Of a DNA stretch of 64,000 nt, positions 33,677 through 42,056 are shown in pieces. Source of the DNA: an uncultured bacterium. GTDB lineage: Bacteria > DUMJ01. The notes below the pieces were generated by a model. The model was not told the DNA's origin. It saw only the letters and a program-made list of their open reading frames with translations, and ran no database searches. The stretch's first letter is position 1. Every line of letters begins with the position of its first letter. A program made the position numbers and the translations under genes. Location: NCBI GenBank assembly GCA_964655195.1, contig CAZZLK010000021.1:3377-67376 (forward strand), given 5' to 3'.

Positions 33677-34584
33677 CCCTTTTCTAGATATCTCTGTCCT
33701 ATCAATATAGCTCCAACTATAGGCTCTGCTCTGGCTGGGAAGATACTAACATTTGGGAATTTCTCTCTTATATACCTGGTGAAGGAATCAGTTATTATAT
33801 CTCTTGCCTTAAAGAATCCTCCAGTATATGCTATGTTGAATTTATCTTCACTCTGGTATCCTAAACCTTCTGCTGTTGAAATAGCTAGACAACTTAGCTC
33901 ATAAGCTGCAGATTTCAATATTTCCAACGCTACCTTATCTCCAAGTTCCCCAGCCTTTACAACATATCTAGCGAAACCAGATATTATGTCTTTAGCTTTC
34001 TCGTAAATAATCTTTATTAATGCCTCCATTTCTCCAGCGCCAAGATATTCATAAATCATATCTAAGAGAACCGTTTCTTCCCCCCTTCCATCGTATGCCT
34101 TGAGTCCTGCTATAATCCCTCTTCTACCAACATCATATGCGCTACCCTCATCCCCTAATAGATATCCCCAACCACCAGTTCTCTTTTCTGTATTATTCCT
34201 CCTCCCATAGCCAATTGAGCCTGTACCAGCTATAACTATTATACCTTCAGTATCTAAGAGGGCTCCTACCAAAGCAATATGTGCATCGGTGGTCACTATA
34301 ACATCATTTGCGATATTCAAAGAGAAAAGAAAATCCCTCAATTCCCATTCTTTCTTAGCTACCCCAGCGACTCCAGCGCTAATTAGACTAATTTTAATAT
34401 TAGGGATTTGTCTGAGTGCAGACTCTATCCCCTCTATAATGTTTTCTATGGCAACTTTTCTTGGGGTTGTGGTCCAGTTTGACGGACCACTATAAGCCTT
34501 AGAGATTATCTCTCCTGTATCTGTAGCTACTGCTACTTCTGTCTTTGTTCCTCCACCATCTATACCAAGGATATACCTTGCCAA
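33673..34584 (-). CDS. BadF/BadG/BcrA/BcrD-type ATPase, probable MurNAc/GlcNAc kinase (MurK-like)
   Basis: N-terminal ILGIDGGGTKTEVAVA phosphate-1 motif of the ASKHA sugar kinases. Translationally coupled to murQ. Confidence 0.65.
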   Translation of the reverse strand: MARYILGIDGGGTKTEVAVATDTGEIISKAYSGPSNWTTTPRKVAIENIIEGIESALRQIPNIKISLISAGVAGVAKKEWELRDFLFSLNIANDVIVTTDAHIALVGALLDTEGIIVIAGTGSIGYGRRNNTEKRTGGWGYLLGDEGSAYDVGRRGIIAGLKAYDGRGEETVLLDMIYEYLGAGEMEALIKIIYEKAKDIISGFARYVVKAGELGDKVALEILKSAAYELSCLAISTAEGLGYQSEDKFNIAYTGGFFKARDIITDSFTRYIREKFPNVSIFPARAEPIVGAILIGQRYLEKG

Positions 34585-34596
34585 AATACATCCTCC

Positions 34597-35820
34597 TTAC
34601 TTATAGATCAAATATTTACTCCTTAATCTCAGAAAATCTCCTATACCCTTTTCCCAGGTTTTTATAATTTCTTTAGGATTCATACCACTCTCTATGTACT
34701 TTCTAATCCTATCTGTTCCCATACTTAAATCAAAGATATACCTACCATTAGACCTGTCTCCCCAGTTAAAACTCTTAGGATAAAGCCTGTATATAACGTC
34801 TAGAATATTCAGACAGACTTCCAGTGGTTTAAACTTATTTCTATCGTTTATAAATATCTCTATACCCTTACATACCTCATTCTGAAATTTAGAGTATCGA
34901 GGTATAAAGTAAGCAGCTCTAAATGCAACTCCCTCAATCTTTCTTCTCAAAAGTTCTTCTATCAGTCTATCAGGATCAATGTAAGGGGCTCCAACAAAGT
35001 GAAAAGGTTTAGTCGTTCCAACACCTACAGATAGATACGTATCCCCTATAGGACCAGTACAGGGATATAACATTACTGTCTCAAAGTCCGGGATATTGGG
35101 AGAAGATATAACCCAATGTAATCCAGTCTGATCAAACAACATAGCCCTCCTCCATCCCTTCATAGGAATAACTGTCAGCCTTGAGGATATCCTAAATTCG
35201 CTGTTAAATAGGAGTGCCAATTCTCCAACAGTCATTCCATATATATTAGGTATTGGATAGAGTCCGATAAAAGAACTGAAATCAGTTTCTAACACAGGAC
35301 CATCCACATATACCCCACCGAGAGGGTTAGGTCTATCAAGAACTATAAAATCTATACCATTCTCCTTTGCGGATTGCATAGCCAGAGCCATAGTAGATAT
35401 ATAAGTATAATGTCTTACTCCAACATCCTGTATATCAAAAATAAGGGCATCTATATCCTTTAGCATATCTCGAGTAGGCTTTCTCGTTTCCCCATAAAGA
35501 CTATATAAAGGAAGCCTAGTCTTTTCATCTATATAGCTCTTTACGTACTCTCCCGCTAATCTTTCTCCCCTTATACCATGTTCTGGTGAAAAAAGGGCTG
35601 TTAGCTTTACCTCAGGGTTCCTGTAAAGGAGATCTATATTACTTCTTAACTGACTATCAACACCAGTCTGATTCGTAATAAGCCCTACACGTTTCCCTCT
35701 TATAAGATCAACCCTTTCACTCAGTAAGACCTCTAATCCTAACTTTACTTTACCATTTGCCATAACAATCTCACTAACTATAATACTTAAAGATAATAAT
35801 GCTACTATAAATCTAACCAT
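34597..35820 (-). CDS. DUF1343-family protein (exo-beta-N-acetylmuramidase NamZ/YbbC-like), secreted
   Basis: Signal peptide plus ..RVGLITNQTGVDSQL..LFSPEHGIRG.. characteristic of DUF1343. Clustered with murQ. Confidence 0.65.
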   Translation of the reverse strand: MVRFIVALLSLSIIVSEIVMANGKVKLGLEVLLSERVDLIRGKRVGLITNQTGVDSQLRSNIDLLYRNPEVKLTALFSPEHGIRGERLAGEYVKSYIDEKTRLPLYSLYGETRKPTRDMLKDIDALIFDIQDVGVRHYTYISTMALAMQSAKENGIDFIVLDRPNPLGGVYVDGPVLETDFSSFIGLYPIPNIYGMTVGELALLFNSEFRISSRLTVIPMKGWRRAMLFDQTGLHWVISSPNIPDFETVMLYPCTGPIGDTYLSVGVGTTKPFHFVGAPYIDPDRLIEELLRRKIEGVAFRAAYFIPRYSKFQNEVCKGIEIFINDRNKFKPLEVCLNILDVIYRLYPKSFNWGDRSNGRYIFDLSMGTDRIRKYIESGMNPKEIIKTWEKGIGDFLRLRSKYLIYK

Positions 35821-35880
35821 AAATAAGTATCTCCTTCACTAGAAAGAGTTTATCATATAGGGAAATATCTATCAATTTTA

Positions 35881-35889
35881 TGCTAAAAT
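35881..35889 (+). promoter_or_regulatory. Extended -10 (TGcTAAAAT) 6 nt upstream of the ogg ATG; candidate leaderless promoter
   Basis: TG at 35881-82 and TAAAAT at 35884-89. ATG at 35896. No SD. Confidence 0.4.
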
Positions 35890-35895
35890 TTTTCT

Positions 35896-36534
35896 ATGAA
35901 AGAACTACTGGATAAATTTATTGGGAAGTTGAGGGTAATAGAAGAAAGAGCCAAGCCATCTGTGGATGAAAGGATATCTCAATTTAAAAGACTGGGATCA
36001 TACGGCACGGAAGAGGAACTTTTTTCTGAACTGAGTTTCTGCGTACTTACTGCTAACTGGAGCGCCAGTGGAGGGATAAGAGCTCAGGAAAAGATAGGAA
36101 CCTCAGGTTTTATCAAGTACTCGCAAGAAAAACTATCCCGGATTCTATCTGATCTTGGGCACCGATTCCCATATAAAAGGGCGGAATTCATAGTAGAAAA
36201 TAGGTATCTTCTTGGAAGACTTAAAGAGTTTATCCATTTACCATCAGTAGAAGCGAGGAAAGAGCTGGTAAGATCTGCCAAGGGAATCGGATGGAAAGAA
36301 TCAAGTCACTTTCTGAGAAATGTTGGAAACCTGGAAGTTGCTATTCTGGACAGACACATACTTAGGGTACTTAAAGATCTAGATTTAATAAACGAAATAC
36401 CTAATGGCTGGACAGAGAAGAAATATCTCTCTATCGAAGAGGTATTCAAAGAACTATCTGAGAGATTTGGTAAATTACCCGGAGAGACTGACCTTTATAT
36501 CTGGTATTTAATAAAGGGTAAGGTAGAAAAGTAA
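35896..36534 (+). CDS. ogg: N-glycosylase/DNA lyase, Ogg2/archaeal-type 8-oxoguanine DNA glycosylase family (HhH-GPD)
   Basis: ~210 aa with ..FCVLTANWSASGG.. and helix-hairpin-helix region SSHFLRNVGNLEVAILDRHILRVL. Resembles Thermotoga/archaeal Ogg2. Confidence 0.65.
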   Translation: MKELLDKFIGKLRVIEERAKPSVDERISQFKRLGSYGTEEELFSELSFCVLTANWSASGGIRAQEKIGTSGFIKYSQEKLSRILSDLGHRFPYKRAEFIVENRYLLGRLKEFIHLPSVEARKELVRSAKGIGWKESSHFLRNVGNLEVAILDRHILRVLKDLDLINEIPNGWTEKKYLSIEEVFKELSERFGKLPGETDLYIWYLIKGKVEK

Positions 36535-36548
36535 AGCACTTGACTTAA

Positions 36549-36588
36549 TAAAAAATTTTGATAATATTAAGTAAATAATAAAAATTAT
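36549..36588 (+). promoter_or_regulatory. Putative promoter (TTGACT ... TGaTAATAT) and palindrome ATAATaaaaATTAT upstream of rubrerythrin
   Basis: TTGACT at 36549-54. Palindrome at 36575-36588, between the -10 and the AAGGAGGT SD. Similar in flavour to PerR/Fur-family boxes (TTATAATnATTATAA). Confidence 0.3.
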
Positions 36589-36608
36589 CCTCTAAGGAGG
36601 TTGATAGT

Positions 36609-37112
36609 ATGAGAAAGATGACGGAAGAAAGTCTAAAGGCAGCATTTGCCGGTGAGAGTCAAGCCCATATGAAGTATACAATCTTTGCCGAGATCGCAGA
36701 GCAAGAGGGTAGGCCAAATCTAGCTAGACTATTCAGGGCGATAGCAGATGCAGAAAAGGTTCATGCAACAAATCACTTGAAAGCTCTGTCCGGTATAAAA
36801 GGTTCTTCAGATAATATACAAGTCTGTATAGATGGTGAAAATTTTGAGGTCCAAGAGATGTATCCGGCGTATAATGCCATAGCAGAGCTGCAGAATGAGC
36901 CAGAGGCAAAGAGAAGTATACATTTTGCCCTTGAAGCGGAAAAGATACACTCAGCTATGTATCAAAAGGCAAAGCAAGCTGTAGATAGTGGAAACGATAT
37001 AGAAGTTGGGGATATCTACATCTGTCAGGTGTGTGGTCATACAGTAGAAGGTTCTGTCCCTGACAGATGTCCCATATGTGGTGCACCAAGAGAAAAGTTT
37101 AAAAAATTTTAA
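36609..37112 (+). CDS. rbr: Rubrerythrin
   Basis: Diiron ExxH motifs (EKVHATNH, EAEKIHSAMY) and a C-terminal rubredoxin-like CQVCGH..CPICGAP. Confidence 0.9.
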   Translation: MRKMTEESLKAAFAGESQAHMKYTIFAEIAEQEGRPNLARLFRAIADAEKVHATNHLKALSGIKGSSDNIQVCIDGENFEVQEMYPAYNAIAELQNEPEAKRSIHFALEAEKIHSAMYQKAKQAVDSGNDIEVGDIYICQVCGHTVEGSVPDRCPICGAPREKFKKF

Positions 37113-37117
37113 AAGGG

Positions 37118-37462
37118 GTGATTTATATGAATAAGTGGAGATGTGGAGTTTGTGGTATTATTCTGGATGTAGAGAATCCACCTGATGTATGTCCAAAATG
37201 TGGAGCTCCTAAAGAAAAGTTTTCACAGATCCCCGAGGACCAAGCTAAACTTATAGATAGAGCTAGGTTTACTAATGGACTCCATATAGAACTATTTACA
37301 TTAATGGCAAAAGTCGCAGAGTTGGCTCAAAAAGGAATAGAGGACAATCTAGATCCACCATGCGTTAAGATCTTTACTGAAGCAAAGGAACAGGCTATTC
37401 TATTTCAGCAGAAGATAAAGGCAGAGATTCAGGGACACATAAGTAAGGGTAAGTGGGGATAA
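37118..37462 (+). CDS. Rubredoxin-like zinc-ribbon protein with C-terminal helical domain (function unknown)
   Basis: N-terminal CGVCG..CPKCGAP ribbon. The remaining ~75 aa are helical without ExxH diiron motifs. Confidence 0.5.
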   Translation: MIYMNKWRCGVCGIILDVENPPDVCPKCGAPKEKFSQIPEDQAKLIDRARFTNGLHIELFTLMAKVAELAQKGIEDNLDPPCVKIFTEAKEQAILFQQKIKAEIQGHISKGKWG

Positions 37463-37475
37463 ATACTCAGCAATA

Positions 37476-37519
37476 AAGGGCGACAACTAATAGAAGGTTG
37501 TCGCCCTTTATTTATTTCT
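37476..37519 (+). terminator. Rho-independent terminator after the rubrerythrin/rubredoxin-like pair
   Basis: Perfect 12-bp stem AAGGGCGACAAC (37476-37487) / GTTGTCGCCCTT (37497-37508). 9-nt loop, followed by TATTTATTTCT. Confidence 0.8.
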
Positions 37520-37532
37520 GGTATACTATTTG

Positions 37533-38729
37533 ATGGAGGTGATAATCTTGTATAGGATAGGTAAAGAGGAATTAGAAGAGATACAGAGGGTCTTTGAAAG
37601 TAAGCAGTTATTAAGATATGGTGATCCTAATGTAGGACATCTTCAAGAGGTAGTAACATTTGAAAGGGAATGGGCGGAAAAGATAGGTACCAAATATGCA
37701 TTACTTATGGCTGGAGGAGGAACTTCTGCTTTGGCGAGTGGTCTGATTGGACTTGGGATAGGTCCTGGAGATGAGGTTATTGTCCCAGGTTATACCTTTA
37801 TCGCTACCGCTTCAGCAGTCTTAAATGCAGGAGCCATACCTGTTATAGCAGAAGTAGATGAAACCCTAACCTTAGACCCTGAAGATCTTGAAAGAAAGAT
37901 CACACCAAATACCAGGGCTGTCATACCTGTTCATATGCAGGGATTACCAGCAGATATGGACAGGATAATTGAGATAGCAAAAAGACATAATATAAAGGTT
38001 ATAGAAGATGCCTGTCAGGCTGTAGGGGGAAGTTATAAAGGAAAAAGATTAGGAAGTCTAGGCGATGTTGGTGTGTTTAGCTTTAACTATTATAAGATAA
38101 TAAGCTGTGGAGAGGGTGGATGCATAGTTACAAATGATAGATTGGTTTATGAAAGGGTTCTGGTATATCACGATAGCGGATTCGTCTTTCTCAGTCCCTC
38201 TTCTAAGGAGGTAAGTATACCAATTTTTATAGGATTACAATTGAGAGCAAATGAAATTATGGGTGCAATATTACGGATTCAGCTTAGAAGACTCGATGGG
38301 ATACTTTCAGATTTAAGACGCATCAAAAAGTTTTTCGTCGATGAGCTCAAAAGTACAGGTGTAAAGTTTGTTCCAGTTAATGACCCAGAAGGAGATTGCA
38401 GTGTGGTTGTCGGTTTCCAGTTTGAATCTGAGAAAGAGGCTAGAGAATTTGCTCAAAAAGAAGGAGTAAATGGATGGCTACCAATAGATACGGGAAAACA
38501 TGTATACTCTAACTGGGAACCAATTCTAGAACATAGGGTTGGACATCACCCTAGGTTAAATCCGTTTGAATTTCCAGAAAATAGAGGTCTCAGAATAGAC
38601 TACTCCAAAGATATGTGTCCAAAGACACTTGATATTCTTAGTAGAACTGTATTCATATCTATCAATCCTGACTGGACTGAAAGAGAGATAGAAAAAAGAG
38701 TAGAAGCCTGCCGAAAGGCTCTCAGTTAG
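37533..38729 (+). CDS. DegT/DnrJ/EryC1/StrS-family PLP-dependent aminotransferase
   Basis: Fold-type I sugar aminotransferase sequence ..ALLMAGGGTSAL..PGDEVIVPGYTFIATASAV... Start uncertain: ATG 37533 lies 5 nt after an extended -10 (TGgTATACT, 37519-37527), which would make it leaderless. The alternative is TTG 37548, 5 nt after GGAGGTGA. Confidence 0.8.
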   Translation: MEVIILYRIGKEELEEIQRVFESKQLLRYGDPNVGHLQEVVTFEREWAEKIGTKYALLMAGGGTSALASGLIGLGIGPGDEVIVPGYTFIATASAVLNAGAIPVIAEVDETLTLDPEDLERKITPNTRAVIPVHMQGLPADMDRIIEIAKRHNIKVIEDACQAVGGSYKGKRLGSLGDVGVFSFNYYKIISCGEGGCIVTNDRLVYERVLVYHDSGFVFLSPSSKEVSIPIFIGLQLRANEIMGAILRIQLRRLDGILSDLRRIKKFFVDELKSTGVKFVPVNDPEGDCSVVVGFQFESEKEAREFAQKEGVNGWLPIDTGKHVYSNWEPILEHRVGHHPRLNPFEFPENRGLRIDYSKDMCPKTLDILSRTVFISINPDWTEREIEKRVEACRKALS

Positions 38730-38752
38730 AGTATAATAGGAGGAATAAAGGA

Positions 38753-39184
38753 TTGAAAAATTATAGAAAAGCATTCAGTCTTATATCAATAGTAGTTTTT
38801 CTGTTTGCTATAACCGGACTTAACGGATGCGACTGCAGTAAGCCATTTATAGAAAAAGTCGAGGTATGGATAGATAGAAATACTACAGATGGAATACCCT
38901 ACGAAGAGCAAATCTTCCCTGTAGGGCCTACATATAAGATCCCCCAAAATACAAGTTTCAGAATAAAGATAAAGACTCAAGCGACCATATCTAATCTAAA
39001 TAATAGTACAGTCCAGATCACCCCATCAATCTCTATCCCTATAGAACATCTAGAAGATACATGGTATAAAGCAGACTATGATAATCTTTCTGGGACTTTA
39101 GCTGCTGGGACTTATAATGTTACTATAATTATCAACCACGATGGAAGGATCCTGACACAAAGTATCGTTATTCAGATCGAATAA
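38753..39184 (+). CDS. Hypothetical lipoprotein
   Basis: Signal peptide with lipobox LNGC. Beta-rich mature part. No recognisable family. Confidence 0.5.
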   Translation: MKNYRKAFSLISIVVFLFAITGLNGCDCSKPFIEKVEVWIDRNTTDGIPYEEQIFPVGPTYKIPQNTSFRIKIKTQATISNLNNSTVQITPSISIPIEHLEDTWYKADYDNLSGTLAAGTYNVTIIINHDGRILTQSIVIQIE

Positions 39185-39199
39185 GAGTTTTATCTGATA

Positions 39200-39640
39200 C
39201 TAGAATCTAAAGCCTAAACCCAGTGCAAGTCCCAAATCAGGATAGAAAGAATATTCCGTGGTGCTATCGTAAGTGTACTCTTCTACGCCTAACCTGAGTT
39301 GAATTCCCATTTTGAGTTCCATCCCTAAAGGTCCAACAAATATAAGTCCGCCTTCTGCATAAGGGAGTATAAATACTTCAACCCCTCCCTCTCCATAGAA
39401 ATAAATAGGACCGCCCAAATGGAAGTATCTCCTATAACCTACTCCAAGGAAAGTCAGACCTATAAGAGCCTCTGGTTCTCCTCTTGGACCCAAATCTGTA
39501 TAGTAACCCAAGATGATTGAGTCTAGGCCTACTCTAATCCTCTTGTCCACTAATGAGTCAGCGTAAGCAGGAGTAACAGAGGTTACAGTTATAAGTACTG
39601 CTAAGATAAACCCCAATAACCTAATCCTATACATCTTCAT
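39200..39640 (-). CDS. Small secreted protein, probable 8-strand outer-membrane beta-barrel
   Basis: Signal peptide ending AYA. Alternating hydrophobic/G/Y pattern. C-terminal ..GLGFRF with terminal Phe, as in OMP barrels. Confidence 0.45.
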   Translation of the reverse strand: MKMYRIRLLGFILAVLITVTSVTPAYADSLVDKRIRVGLDSIILGYYTDLGPRGEPEALIGLTFLGVGYRRYFHLGGPIYFYGEGGVEVFILPYAEGGLIFVGPLGMELKMGIQLRLGVEEYTYDSTTEYSFYPDLGLALGLGFRF

Positions 39641-39848
39641 AATACCTCCCTTTTATAATTTTTAATTTAGGAAATTAAGATCCCCTAACCGCATAAAAGA
39701 TTAAAAGATCTTAACTTCTCTAGCTAGAATTATACATCAAGATATAATTTCATTTCAAGACAGAAGGATAATCCGAAGTTGACAAGAAGTCTTTGGGAAT
39801 GATATTATTGAGTTTAGAAAATATCCTATTGGGAGGAGGTAAGATAAG

Positions 39849-40127
39849 ATGGCAGAAATACTGAGCTTAGATGTGAATCCCACTTCGGGAAGGCAAGGGG
39901 ATATGGTGACAGTTGTTGTTAAGGCTTCTCCAGATACCAAGGCTGTTTACGGAAGAATCCCTGAGTACGGTTATATGATCCAGTTCCAGAAGGAAGGGGA
40001 CCTTTTCAAACTCTCTATGCAGGTTCCTTATGGAGCACCTCCAGGGGTTTATATGGTTTCAGTCTATCCGGTGGATAACGAAGGTAACAGGGGTGAAGAG
40101 AAAAGGTTCAACTTCCAGGTTCTATAA
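39849..40127 (+). CDS. Hypothetical small protein (92 aa)
   Basis: Strong SD GGGAGGAGGT upstream. Beta-rich. No recognised motif. Confidence 0.4.
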   Translation: MAEILSLDVNPTSGRQGDMVTVVVKASPDTKAVYGRIPEYGYMIQFQKEGDLFKLSMQVPYGAPPGVYMVSVYPVDNEGNRGEEKRFNFQVL

Positions 40128-40851
40128 ATTCCTGAGTTAGAATTCCAAGAGCCTTAAGGACTTGAAATATCTCTTTATTCTTTTCTTCTTTCTCACATAA
40201 TTCGATCTCTTTTCTGATTCTGGCTATCCCTACAGTCCTTAAGGCTCCACCTTTTATTGCATCCTCCATAAGCTCATAAGTGTGTGGTTCTATAACAAAT
40301 CCAAGTCTTACACTAAATCTTATTGCCCTAAAGATACGGGTAGGATCATCTATAAAACTTCTATCATGGAGGACTCTTATGATTCTATCTTCTAAATCCT
40401 TTATTCCACCTAGTGGGTCGAGTATCTCGCCAGGTTTCTTTTTAGGATAGATAGGAACCGCCAGGGCATTTATGGTAAAATCTCTTCTATACAGGTCTTC
40501 CTCAATAGTTCCTGGTTCTACTATTGGCAATGCTCCAGGTCTAGGATAGACCTCTTTCCTAGCGATGGCTATATCTATATGTTCTATATCATTAGAACCT
40601 ACTTTAAACTTGAATGTGTAGAACCTTTTGAGTAGTCTCCCCTTTATACCAAGATTCTCAATATACTCTAAAAATCTTTCCGCGGAAGTCTCTACCACCA
40701 GGTCTATATCTTTCAGCTTTAGACCCAGAAATATATCTCTAAGAGTTCCCCCAACAAGATAGATAGGGATACATCTTCTATGTGCATTCTTTAAGCACAG
40801 ATCTATATCAGGAATAGATAGAATAGATGAGAGTACGTCTTCTAACTTCAT
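40108..40851 (-). CDS. Minimal poly(A) polymerase/tRNA nucleotidyltransferase-family head-domain protein
   Basis: Motif YLVGGTLRDIFLGLKLKDIDLVV (GG..RD..DxD) and RRDFTINA. Only 247 aa, so it lacks the usual body/tail domains of CCA-adding enzymes. Confidence 0.7.
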   Translation of the reverse strand: MKLEDVLSSILSIPDIDLCLKNAHRRCIPIYLVGGTLRDIFLGLKLKDIDLVVETSAERFLEYIENLGIKGRLLKRFYTFKFKVGSNDIEHIDIAIARKEVYPRPGALPIVEPGTIEEDLYRRDFTINALAVPIYPKKKPGEILDPLGGIKDLEDRIIRVLHDRSFIDDPTRIFRAIRFSVRLGFVIEPHTYELMEDAIKGGALRTVGIARIRKEIELCEKEEKNKEIFQVLKALGILTQEFIEPGS

Positions 40852-42052
40852 CTTTATTTATAGATACAGCCTTTCTTAAAAGATCCATAGCCTTCTTTAG
40901 TGCTTCCTCACTGTTATAGTATATATCTAAAATAGTCTCGCCTTTTTCTACGTAATCTCCAACCTTTTTCTTAAGTATTATACCTACATTAGGATCTATA
41001 ACATCTTCCTTCCTGTATCTACCTGCCCCCAGAGTTCTAACTGCCTCTCCAATAAGATAGGCATCTAGCCTCTCTATATATCCAGAATCTTCTAAAGAAA
41101 AGTTATACAACTTGGCTAACGGCATCAGATTACTGATATCTCCACCCTGAGCTTTGACCATCTCTTCAAATTTACTAAATGCCTTACCGCTTTCAAGAGC
41201 ATCTTTCACCATTTCTTTTGGAGCCAAAGTATTGGCGATCTCAATAGTTAATTCTTTTAAGTCTTGAGGACCTTTACCCTTTAAAGTCTCTATAGCTTCT
41301 ATAACTTCTAGTATATTACCGATTGCACAACCAAGGGGCTGATCCATATCTGAAATTACCGCTTTTACCTCTCTATCAAAAGACCTTCCTATCTCTATAA
41401 GCCAAGATGTAAGCTCTTCTGCATCCTTAATATTCTTCATAAAAGCACCTGAGCCTACCTTAACATCAAATATTATCGTCTTTGCCCCTCCAGCTATCTT
41501 TTTGCTAAGAATACTGCTGGTTATAAGAGGAATGCTGTCTACCGTACCAGTAACATCTCTTAATGAATAGATATCCTTCTCAACAGGAACCAGGTCTTCT
41601 GTCTGACTTATTATGCTACAACCAACATCTTCTACTATCTTTTTAAACTCTTCAAGACTAAGATCAACCCTGAATCCAGGGATAGATTCCAGCTTATCTA
41701 TAGTCCCTCCTGTATGTCCAAGCCCTCTACCAGAAAGTTTTGCTACTTTAAACCCAATAGATGCCAAAAGAGGAACAACTACAAGGCTAAGTTTATCACC
41801 TACACCACCTGTTGAATGCTTATCTACTACAGGAAAATCCCATTCTAATCTCTTACCTGTTGATAGTATAGCTGAGATAAGATTTTTTGTCTCCTCCTTT
41901 GATAAGCCCCTTATAAAAGAAGCCATAAGCCACGCACTCATCTGATAATCTTTTATCTCTTTCTTATGAAATCTATCCACAAAGAATGTTATCTCTTCTT
42001 CGGTCAATATATAACCATCTCTCTTTTTAATAATGATCTCGACAGGATTCAT
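40808..42052 (-). CDS. pdp: Pyrimidine-nucleoside/thymidine phosphorylase
   Basis: Motif HSTGGVGDKLSLVVVPLLASIG..GRGLGHTGGTIDKLESIPGF. Confidence 0.9.
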   Translation of the reverse strand: MNPVEIIIKKRDGYILTEEEITFFVDRFHKKEIKDYQMSAWLMASFIRGLSKEETKNLISAILSTGKRLEWDFPVVDKHSTGGVGDKLSLVVVPLLASIGFKVAKLSGRGLGHTGGTIDKLESIPGFRVDLSLEEFKKIVEDVGCSIISQTEDLVPVEKDIYSLRDVTGTVDSIPLITSSILSKKIAGGAKTIIFDVKVGSGAFMKNIKDAEELTSWLIEIGRSFDREVKAVISDMDQPLGCAIGNILEVIEAIETLKGKGPQDLKELTIEIANTLAPKEMVKDALESGKAFSKFEEMVKAQGGDISNLMPLAKLYNFSLEDSGYIERLDAYLIGEAVRTLGAGRYRKEDVIDPNVGIILKKKVGDYVEKGETILDIYYNSEEALKKAMDLLRKAVSINKDEVRRRTLIYSIYS

Positions 42053-42056
42053 TTTA

